DNA of 64,000 bases, taken from positions 6,016,001 through 6,080,000 of the forward strand of contig CM075992.1 in the NCBI GenBank assembly GCA_038087875.1. The letters are read 5' to 3'. Origin of the DNA: Malacoraja senta. Taxonomy: Eukaryota. Below are positions 49,416-59,807 of this stretch, in pieces. The notes under the pieces are model-generated. The model did no database searches. It was given only the letters and a program-made list of their open reading frames with translations, and was not told the DNA's origin. The stretch's first letter is position 1. Every line of letters starts with the position of its first letter. Position numbers and translations under genes: made by a program.

Positions 49416-51236
49416 CTCACACACACACACACACACACCATGGTAAGGCATAGTATAATGAATAACGGGGAACAGCACAGGCCCCCCCCCCCCTCCTTCC
49501 CACTCTGGGACATCAGTCCAGGGCAAAGACTGGGCCTAGGGGGGCAGCCGACTACCTGGATGCTCCAGGATTGTTTTGCAGATCCCTGGAATTAAGGAGT
49601 AATTTCCTGGCGGCTGCACTGTGCAACTTCCAAAAGAAATAGCACAGGGTTGCGGTGGGTTGTGTCAGCTGGGTTCAATCAATCCAAAGTATTGATTGAA
49701 CCCAGCTGACATTCTAAATATATTAGAGATTGGGAGATGAGTTTATGGACCAGCCAGGTTCCTTGGATGGAGACCGTGTCATGCTGAGGAACATGTCCCA
49801 TTGGGTCAGCAGTGCCAGCTGCCGTGGTCACTCCTGTCCCAAGCTCCAGCCTAGGCTCAGTGTACTACTAAACATCACCAACTTCTCGTTCTCACCCAAC
49901 AAACAGCTAACAATGACCTGTTTCCTTTATCATCATTACTTTTTTGCATATCTTTCATTCATGTTTTATTATCTCTCTTCATCATCGTCTATACTCTCAT
50001 TTCCCTTTTCCCCAACGAGTCTGAAGAAGGGTCTCGACCCGAAATGTCACCCATTCCTTCTCTCCAGAGAAGCTGCCTGTCCCGCTGAGTTACTCCAGCA
50101 TTTTGTGTGTGTCTTTGGTTTAAACCAGCATCTGCAGTTCCTTCCTGCACTAAACATCAATGCAGGAATGGGCATCACCTCCCCACACCTCCCCCTGGTG
50201 GTGTCCATAAGTACCTACACCTCTCCCCACACGTCCTTGGGTACATGCTGCCGACTGGCACATCGAGACTACAGGTGTAAGATGCAAGTGGCCTCCCCCC
50301 TCTGGTAAAAGCAGGAGAGATCCAGAAATGGGGGGCAGCTTGATGGCTAGATCACCATGGAAACATGCAGCAATAAAATGAGACATTTCTCATCTGTCAC
50401 GTGCTGATGAGAACACCAGTGCAGCAATCGATGCGTTGGAGGAAGAGTTGATGGAGTGGGTCCAAATAGGACAAACCAGAATTGCTCAATTTATCCCGTG
50501 GACAGACAGGTGTAGATTGTGCTCAGTTCATAAGACCTGGGGGCAGAATTAGACCATTTGGCCCATCGAGTCTACACCACTATTCAGTCATGGCTGTTCT
50601 GTCTTTCCCTCTCAACCCCATTCTCTTGCCTTCTCTTGCCTTCTCCCGGTAACCCCTGACACGTGTACTAATGAAGAACCTATCAATCTCCGCTTTAAAA
50701 AAACTCGAAGACTTGGCCACTAGCAGAAACAGCCTCTCCATATTCTTTCCATCCAGGCCTTTCATTCTTCAGTAAGTTTCAATGAGATGCCCCCATCATC
50801 CATCTAAACTCCAACAAGTACAGGCCCACAAACGGTGGGTTCAGCCAGAGCAGCGAGTGTGTTGGTGGTGAGGAATTGGTTGTGTCTCTGCTCAAGGAAC
50901 AGAATATTAGTTGCTCACAAGGTGAGGTCCATGATTTAGACCCAGTAATGATGCAGGACCAGCAAAGTATTTCCAAATAGGGTTGTGCATGACTTGGAGG
51001 GGAACCTGTGGGTGGTGGTGTTCCCAGTGCCTGAAGCCCTTTTCCTATTTGCTGATAAAGGTAAAAATGTCTGGAAGCAGCTGTTGGAGCAACCAAAGCA
51101 AGTAATCGACTGACTTCCAAGGACATTTCCTGCAGTATTTAAGAGTCACCACATAGACCAGGCCTGGTGATCACACCAGGTTAACAACAAGTAAACATTG
51201 TGATTTTGTTGTTAACGATTGTCACTGTTTACACAG

Positions 51237-51377
51237 ATATCGATGAGTGTGGATCCTCGCCCTGTCACCATAATGCACAATGTATCAACATGCCGGGTTA
51301 TTACTGGTGCTGGTGCAAAGGCGGGTTTCTGGAATCAGCTTCGTCGACCGGAAACCAGGAAAATATGATCTGTGAAG
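51237..51377 (+). CDS. Calcium-binding EGF domain exon (DIDECGSSPCHHNAQCINMPGYYWCWCKGGFLESASSTGNQENMICE), ADGRE-like
   Basis: Acceptor ctgtttacacag, donor AG|GTGAGG, 141 nt phase 1-1; DxDEC, six Cys, CxNxxGxY/FxCxC; long C5-C6 loop as in EGF-TM7 receptors. Confidence 0.9.
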
Positions 51378-52159
51378 GTGAGGACAGGAAGAGTCAACCA
51401 CATTGGTGCGTTGGTCACATGGGCTTGACCTGGTGAGGACACCACATCTCCTTCCCTGGAGACGTGAGAGAAACCGATTCCTGCTTTCTCCCCATATCCT
51501 TTCATTACAATTCCACTTCCGATCCCCAGCTCTCACAGGATCCAAGGTCACGTTGTCACCTGCAGCCCCCGTGCGGAGCCGTGGAGGATATTTACTTGCC
51601 TTCGTTGCTCCAACAGTTCCTTCCAAACCTATGACCATTATCACCGTAGGAAAAGGGCTACAGGTACTTGGAACACCACCACCCGAACGTTCCCCTACAA
51701 GTTATTCACAACCCTGATTTGGAAATTCTTTGCTGATCCTTCGTCATTACTGGGTCTAAATCATGGACCTCACCTTGTGAGCTACTAATATTCTGTTCCT
51801 TGAGCAGAGACACAACCAGTTCCTCACCACCTACTCACTCGCTGCTCTGGCTGAACTCATTCTCACATTCAACAACTTGTCCCACAACTGAGCACAAGCT
51901 ACACCTGCACCTTCACTGAGATAGATGGAGCAGTCCTTCTTTCAGTCTCTCCCCCTCAACTCTTTCTCCATGGCTGCACAGGTGCTGTTCTCCGCACGTT
52001 ACAGAAAGTGGACATTTTCAATTTGTTTTGCTCCAGTTTCCCTGGTGATCTGTAGAAACAAGGAACTGCAGTTGCTGGTTTAAAAAAGAAGACAGAAAGT
52101 GCGGTGGTAACTCAACAGGTCAGGTAGCATCTCTTGAAACCCGCCATGATCGTCTTTTC

Positions 52160-54297
52160 GCAATTTGAGAAGGTTAAATCGGAAGTGTCTGCATCCCAGG
52201 GTCCTCAGGGAGGTGGCTCAAGAAATAGTGGACGCATTGGTGATCATTTTCCAATGTTCAATAGATTCAGGATCAGTTCCTGTGGATTGGACGATGGCTG
52301 ATGTTATCCCACTTTTCAAGAAAGGAGCGAGAGAGAAAACGGGGAATTACAGACCAGTTAGCCTGACTTCGGTGGTGGGAAAGATGCTGGAGTCAATTAT
52401 TAAAGAGGTAATAATGGGGCATTTGGATAGCAGTAAAAGGATTAGTACAAGTCAGCATGGATTTATGAAAGGGAAATCATGCTTGACTAATCTTCTGTAA
52501 TTTTATGAGGATGTGACAAGTAAAATGGGGAACAAGGATATGGCGGACCAATTGAATAACTACTTTGGTTCCGTCTTCACTAAGCAAGACATAAATAATC
52601 TGCCGGAAATAGCAGGGGACCGCGGGTCAAAGGAGATGGAGGAACTGAGTGAAATCCAGGTTAGTCGGGAAGTGGTGTTGGGTAAATTGAATGGATTAAA
52701 GGCCGATAAATCACCAGGGCCAGATAGGCTGCATCCCAGAGTACTTAAGGAAGTAGCTCCAGAAATAGTGGATGCATTAGTGATAATTTTTCAAAACTCT
52801 TCAGATTCTGGAGTAGTTCCTGAGGATTGGAGGGTAGCAAACGTAACCCCACTTTTTAAGAAGGGAGGGAGAGAGAAAACGGGGAATTACAGACCAGTTA
52901 GTCTAACATCGGTAGTGGGGAAACTGCTAGAGTCAGTTATTAAAGATGGGATAGCAGCACATTTGGAAAGTGGTGAAATCATTGGACAAAGTCAGCATGG
53001 ATTTACGAAAGGTAAATCATGTCTGACGAATCTTATAGAATTTTTTGAGGATGTAACTAGTAGAGTGGATAGGGGAGAACCAGTGGATGTGTTGTATCTG
53101 GACTTTTAGAAGGCTTTCGACAAGGTCCGACATAAGATATTAGTATACAAACTTAAAGCACACGGTATTGGGGGTTCAGTATTGATGTGGATAGAGAACT
53201 GGCTGGCAAACAGGAAGCAAAGAGTAGGAGTAAACGGGTCCTTTTCACAATGGCAGGCAGTGACTAGTGGGGTACCGCAAGGCTCAGTCCTGGGACCCCA
53301 GCTATTTACAATTTATATTAATGAACTGGATGAGGGAATTGAAGGCAACATCTCCAAGTTTGCGGATGACACTAAAGTGGGGGGCAGTGTTAGCTGTGAG
53401 GAGGATGCTAGGAGACTGCAAGGTGACTTGGATAGGCTGGGTGAGTGGGCAAATGTTTGGCAGATGCAGTATAATGTGGATAAATGTGAGGTTATCCACT
53501 TTGGTGGCAAAAACAGGAAAGCAGACTATTATCTAAATGGTGGCCGATTAGGAAAAGGGGAGATGCAGCGAGACCTGGGTGTCATGGTACACCAGTCATT
53601 GAAAGTAGGCATGCAGGTGCAGCAGGCAGTGAAGAAAGCGAATGGTATGTTAGCTTTCATAGCAAAAGGATTTGAGTATAGGAGCAGGGAGGTTCTACTG
53701 CAGTTGTACAGGGTCTTGGTGAGACCACACCTGGAGTATTGCGTACAGTTTTGGTCTCCAAATCTGAGGAAGGACATTATAGCCATAGAGGGAGTGCAGA
53801 GAAGGTTCACCAGACTGATTCCTGGGATGTCAGGACTTTCATATGAAGAAAGACTGGATAGACTTGGCTTATACTCGCTAGAATTTAGGAGATTGAGAGG
53901 GGATCTTATAGAAACGTACAAAATTCTTTTGGGGTTGGACAGGCTAGATGCAGGAAGATTGTTCCCGATGTTGGGGAAGTCCAGGACAAGGGGTCACAGC
54001 TTAAGCATAAGGGGGAAATCCTTTAAGACCGAGATGAGGAAAAACTTTTTCACACAGAGAGTGGTGAATCTCTGGAACTCTCTGCCACAGAGGGTAGTTG
54101 AGGCCAGTTCATTGGCTATATTTAAGAGGGAGTTAGATGTGGCCCTTGTGGCTAAAGGGATCAGGGGGTATGGAGAGAAGGCAGGTACGGGATACTGAGT
54201 TGGATGATCAGCCATGATCATATTGAATGGCGGTGCAGGCTCGAAGGGCTGAATGGCCTACTCCTGCACCTATTTTCTATGTATCTATGTATCTATG
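52160..54297 (+). mobile_element. Chimeric CR1: duplicated, internally deleted fragment (to ~52528) joined to a different CR1 (52529-54297)
   Basis: ORFs 52165-52500, 52513-53109, 53182-54198; ORF2 position steps back at ~52528; ctatgtat tail. Confidence 0.9.
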
Positions 54298-54686
54298 TAA
54301 CGTCAAAACAATACTCACATCCCAAATGTGAGAGTATCTTGCCCTAGGGGGATTGGAGTTGAATATACCCCTCATTAATTTCGAAACCAAGGGGTGAGAT
54401 CCCACAGAATGGTGGTCGAATCCCCGCCACAAATAGGTCGATAGGGCACTCCTGGCGCTGTTGATGGCACTGTAGCTAAGTCCTTCATCGAAATTAAGGT
54501 TAGCAAGGAACTCCAGGACATTTGTTACGGTAGCTGAGTTATACTCAATATTAGTCCTGGAACAATATAGTTCCCATTTCCTGATGTAAGTCAGCTACTG
54601 TTTCCTGGTAGACTCTCTTTGCGCCGCCGTGATCATGTTGATGGTTCGGTCTGTCAGTCCAAGATCCAGAAGTGGCCTGTTCAAAT

Positions 54687-55448
54687 TCAGCAAATTAACA
54701 GATTTGTCCTGTCATGGCATGGATGACTTTCGCCTGTTACAGGATGGACCATCAAGTCTGGTCGTTTGGCGACGGCCATACATGGTTCTGAAACCATGTC
54801 GAGAACCACAGGGAACCATGGCTGGGTAGGCCAGTCGGGTACTATCAAAACACCTGACGCAGAGTCTTGTTGTATTTTGCGTAAGACCCGACTGATGACG
54901 CAGAAGGGGGGAAATGCATAGAAAAACAAATTTCCCCAGTGCAGCGAAAATGCGTCCATCGCTGCTGCCCCAGGGTCTGGTTCCCAAGCAACATATGTCG
55001 GCAACTGGTGGTTAAGCCTAGATGCAAATAGATCGATATCTGGTGTTCCATATCGTGCTACGATGTCAGCAAACACTTTGGGGTCCAACATCCATTCGGT
55101 GTTGTCATTGAATTTTCGTGACCTGGTGTCTGCCACTGAATTGAGTTTACCTGGTAGGTAAATAGCAGATATCCAAATGTTTCTGTTGATACACCATTGC
55201 CAGATTGAATTGGCCAGATCATCACATGATATCGATCTGATTCCACCCATGTGATTAATATAAGCCACCACAGTGGTATTATCTATTTGCAGGCGAACAT
55301 GCAGATGATGCATTTTTGAACAGTACGCCTTCAGACCATTGAACGCTCCCAACATTTCCAAATAATTTATACCAAGTGTATAAAGTAGAGATGATTCATG
55401 CGCATCCCATTTGCCACCACAACTGGAGATGGTGTTGGTGGCACCCAA
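54687..55448 (-). pseudogene. DIRS RNase H C-terminus plus DNA adenine-methyltransferase-like domain
   Basis: INYLEM..DNTTVVAYIN..YLPGKLNSVADTRSR then DIDLFAS..DAF..W..YAFPPF..PDWPTQPWF; frameshifted from the upstream RNase H. Confidence 0.85.
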
Positions 55449-55600
55449 CCTTGAGTGCTGGCATCAGTCTGTAATACAACTGACGGGTTGTTAATAATAA
55501 TGGAGCTGAAGGAACGCCGGATGTTATGCGTCCACCATCGGAGTTCCAAAATAGCTTTTGTTGGTAATTGCATTGGTCTGTTGAAATGACCAGTATGACC

Positions 55601-56724
55601 AGTATTGGGGGTTCAGTATTGATGTGGATAGAGAACTGGCTGGCAGACAGGAAGCAAAGAGTAGGAGTAAACGGGTCCTTTTCACAATGGCAGGCAGTGA
55701 CTAGTGGGGTACCGCAAGGCTCAGTGCTGGGACCCCAGCTATTTATGATATATATTAATGATTTGGACGAGGGAATTGAATGCAACATCTCCAAGTTTGC
55801 GGATGACACGAAGCTGGGGGGCAGTGTTAGCTGTGAGGAGCATGCTCGGAGGCTGCAAGGTGACTTGGATAGGCTGGGTGAGTGGGCAAATGCATGGCAG
55901 ATGCAGTATAATGTGGATAAATGTGAGGTTATCCACTTTGGTGGCAAAAACAGGAAAGTACACTATTATCTGAATGGTGGCCGATTAGGAAAAGGGGAGA
56001 TGCAACGAGACCTGGGTGTCATGGTACACCAGTCATTAAAAGTAGGCATGCAGGTGCAGCAGGCAGTGAAGAAGGCGAATGGTATGTTAGCAGTCATAGC
56101 AAAAGGATTTGAGTATAGGAGCAGGGAGGTTCTACTGCAGTTGTACAGGGTCTTGGTGAGACCACATCTGGAGTATTGTGTACAGTTTTGATCTCCTAAT
56201 CTGAGGAAAGACATTCTTGCCATAGAGGGAGTACAGAGAAGGTTCACCAGACCTATTCCTGGGATGTCAGGACTTTCATATGAAGAAAGACTGGATAGAC
56301 TCGGTTTGTACTCGCTAGCATTTAGAAGATTGAGGGGGGATCTTATAGAAACGTACAAAATTCTTAAGGGGTTGGACAGGCTAGATGCAGGAAGATTGTT
56401 CCCGATGTTGGGGAAGTCCAGAACAAGGGGTCACAGTTTAAGGATAAGGGGGAAATCTTTTAGGACCGAGATGATGAAAACATTTTTCACACAGAGAGTG
56501 GTGAATCTCTGGAATTCTCTGCCACAGAAGGTAGTTGAGGCCAGTTCATTGGCTATATTTAAGAGGGAGTTAGATGTGGCCCTTGTGGCTAAAGGGATCA
56601 GGGGGTATGGAGAGAAAGCAGATACAGGATACTGAGTTGGATGATCAGCCATGATCATATTGCAGGCTCGAAGGGCCGAATGGCCTACTCCTGCACCCTA
56701 TTTTCTATGTTTCTATGTTTCTAT
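55601..56724 (+). mobile_element. CR1 LINE 3' portion inside the DIRS pol gene
   Basis: ORFs 55568-56191 and 56264-56635; ctatgttt tail. Confidence 0.95.
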
Positions 56725-57562
56725 GATGTTTTTAATTTTTAGTTAGTTTAATGTCTGTTTAGGGGAAACTTTAACTTTCTATGTGAGGGAGGGTGGCAGG
56801 GTAAGGGGGAAACTGTTTCACAGTCGTTCCTGGCGGGGACGCGACTATTTCTCCAAGTCGCGTCCTCGCCCCCCTCCTCGCGGCCTACCACCTGGATTGT
56901 AGCGGCCTTTCCTGCCGGGGACCGGGAACTGGACCAGAGCTGCAACAGCGGCGGCGCAGCGCTGAATTCACCGCGGAGCGGGCGATGCCGACCTGGATCG
57001 CCGCTCGGAGCTCGTGGAGCTGTGGTTTGGGAGAGCTTCCAGCATTTGGGAGAGCTCCAACATCGTGGAGCTGCGGTTTGGGAGAGCTTCCAGCGCGGCC
57101 GGCGCTGAACAACATCACGGAGTCCTGGGGCCCTTTGCCGAGGGCCGCCAGCGCTGCATCTCTGCATCTCCGCCCGGCGCGGCCTGCGGACTTTGGGAGC
57201 CGTGGACTCCGGTAGGAGGGGGCCGACTCTGATGTCCAAGCCGCTGAGGAGGTCCCCCAGCCCCGACATCGGACTTACATCACCCCGGCGAGCGGGTCTG
57301 AACATCGGACCGCCCGTAGCGGCGACTGCGGTGGGCTCGGGGAGGCTCCGACCATGGGTGAACAGTGGGGAACATTAGAGGAAGATGACTGACTTTGGTG
57401 CCTTCCCTCACAGTGAGAAAATTTGATTCTGCTGTGTGGGGATGTTTTATGTTGAACTCTATCATGTGTTGTGTTCTTATTTTTATTGTATGGCTGTATG
57501 GTAATCACACATTTCACTGTGCCATCTGGCACATGTGACAAATAAATGTATCTTGTATCTCT
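56725..57562 (+). mobile_element. GC-rich non-autonomous retroposon with a LINE-like tail (related copy ~27470-27800)
   Basis: Shared ggactttgggagcc..gatgtccaagccgctgagg block; AATAAA and tatcttg tail; interrupts DIRS pol. Confidence 0.6.
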
Positions 57563-57816
57563 CTTGTCTTAAGTGCTTGCACCTTTGCTCTCTGTAAATT
57601 TTGGTAGTGCAAAGGTCCAAACTGTGTGGCTGGAAAAGCAGCTACGAGTTTGCCAATCACCCTAGCTACTTGTCCGATGGATGGTTGACTGATGACAGCA
57701 AGGTTGCTGCAAACTTCCATTAATTCAGTTGCCTTGCCCCTAGGCAAAGTCACAGTCAAGTGAACTGAATTAATGGTGAATCCCAAATAGTCCATAGTCG
57801 TGGATGGTGTTAACTT

Positions 57817-58674
57817 TCATTTATCTGGATGGATGATAAACCCCACTTTCTTAAACAAACATATGGTAGCTGTAACAGCTGTTTTGGCTAATTTGTAGGT
57901 TTTACCCACGATTAGTATGTCATCTAAATACGCCATGACAATATGTTTTTGTTTCCGAAGAAACGCCAGAGCTGGTTTCAGTAATTTGGTGAACAGTCTG
58001 GGGGCTGAGGTTAACCCATTAGGCAGTGCTTTGTACTGCCAAAGCTGCCCCATCCAGTTAAACTTCAGATATCGGCGGTGATCCTTGTGTATAGGCACCG
58101 AATAGTATGCATCTTTTAAATCGATGCATGCAATGAAGTAGCCTTCGGAAATCAATTGTTTGGCCGTGACAAAGGTTTCCATTTTGAAATGAGTATACTG
58201 CACAAATGTGTTCAGTTTTGTCAAATCGATGATGATGCGACACCCACCATCCTTTTTCTTTTTTGTGAAAATGTTTGACACAAATTCTAGAGAGTCATGT
58301 TGAGATCTCTCAATTACACCTTTGGTATATAGCCTCTTAAGTTCAGCATGACCATCCAACTTCTCTTGTTGTGATAGCATAAACGACCTGCGGGGTGCAT
58401 GCTGAACCGGAGGAAGGTGTTTGTTTATGAATTCAATTTTGTATCCTTGAACACTATGCAGTATATAAGAATCAGAGGTTATTGATCTCCATGCCTCCCA
58501 AAACAAGTGTAACCTACCCCCAACAAGTGTATACCTTGCACCTGCTCTGTCCTGGGAGGAACCAGACCCACCTACCTCCATGGTTATCAGTGGGGTGTTC
58601 ATCTCTTCTTCTTCTGTTTCTTGGCCGGTTGAGATGCTGGAGTTCGAGGTTGGCGCATCTTCCAAGAAGGTCAC
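57817..58674 (-). pseudogene. DIRS reverse transcriptase (stop at 57817; frame continues to ~57565)
   Basis: KKDGGCRIIIDL, IDLKDAYY, LPNGLTSAPRLFTK, AYLDDILI. Confidence 0.9.
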
Positions 58675-59807
58675 TCTGGGCCGCGGTCTAAAAAAGACCT
58701 TTGTCCTTGAGTTGCGGCCTTCGAGCTTTCACCAGCTTCGACGTGACGCGGCCTGCTGGTGGATGCGTAGGGGTGCTGTTGCCAAGGTGTTTTGCCCGAT
58801 GGAGCCTTGATGAGCCCGGCGGCTTTCGCCTCTTCATCCAGCTCTTTAACCTGTTTGGAAAGGTTGCCCCCGAATAACAAAATTGGCGGCTGTGTGGTGT
58901 TGGTCTTGCACAGAGCCGCAAATTTGGGGTTCAAGGCTGGGCGGATGGCGTTTTTTCGGAAGCAGTTAATCTCGAACTGCGTATTGCAGAGGAGCGCCAG
59001 AGCATCTTGCTGAGCCTCTGTCATTTCCGAGTCATCCACCGACCGGGCAAATGCTGTAATCCCCAAAGCTAGAAGTTTGAGGATCTTCTGCATCTGCACC
59101 TCCTGTGCCCTTATACCTGCACCAATATGTCCCCAGATGGAGGTATTCACTGCTGGAACATTGAGTGAGATACAGTTCCCTGGTGCCAGGTATTTTGCAG
59201 TGGGTTCATTGAGCGCCCGTTCCTGTAGTTGATGGAAGGAAAGGTAGTCAATGCTGGCTGCTAGTTCTGGTTGCAGCGGCTGCCCTGACTGTGGAGGCAC
59301 CGCAAACTTCGTTACCATTCCCAGCATCTTCTCTTCTGGCACCCCCAGCATACTTGAGGTATCTTCAGCCAACCCTTGTTCGGAGTCAGCCCAGAAATGA
59401 CTCCCAATGCTCCCCTCTGTCGAGGGAGATGCATTGTGCAGCCCTGAAAAAGGTGCTGCCATGGGCGTCCTAGGAGGCCCGTAGTGACGTGACTCCTTCT
59501 CCCGGAGTGTGTCACGGTGGAGCAATTGCTCCACTAGCCGCTCCAGACGGGATATGCGACCACTGTCGCTGTCTGCCGGCGGCGTTTGCTCATGGCCCGA
59601 TACTTTGGAGTCCATGTGCGTGTCCCGCTTCCGTTTGGCGTTCCTGTCAGCCTGTGGCGACCCAGACTGCACAGGTGCCGGGACAGGGACTGCTGATCGC
59701 ATAGATAGCGATGCTGCAGTCGGCCGCTGTTGGCTACCCGTGCTCTCGCGGTCCTCCTCAGCCAGTTTTTGAGCGGCCCGTTTGGGCTTTGTGCGAGTCT
59801 TGTCCAT
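58671..59807 (-). CDS. DIRS gag-like ORF1 (intact frame)
   Basis: ACCACCATGG start at 59807; LLFGGNL-type motif; overlaps the start of the RT frame. Confidence 0.8.
   Translation of the reverse strand: MDKTRTKPKRAAQKLAEEDRESTGSQQRPTAASLSMRSAVPVPAPVQSGSPQADRNAKRKRDTHMDSKVSGHEQTPPADSDSGRISRLERLVEQLLHRDTLREKESRHYGPPRTPMAAPFSGLHNASPSTEGSIGSHFWADSEQGLAEDTSSMLGVPEEKMLGMVTKFAVPPQSGQPLQPELAASIDYLSFHQLQERALNEPTAKYLAPGNCISLNVPAVNTSIWGHIGAGIRAQEVQMQKILKLLALGITAFARSVDDSEMTEAQQDALALLCNTQFEINCFRKNAIRPALNPKFAALCKTNTTQPPILLFGGNLSKQVKELDEEAKAAGLIKAPSGKTPWQQHPYASTSRPRHVEAGESSKAATQGQRSFLDRGPE

Noticed and set aside
54687..55448. Methyltransferase-like ORF as bacterial or phage contamination or HGT
   Set aside because: Normal DIRS1 pol component, embedded among gag, RT, YR and vertebrate LINEs
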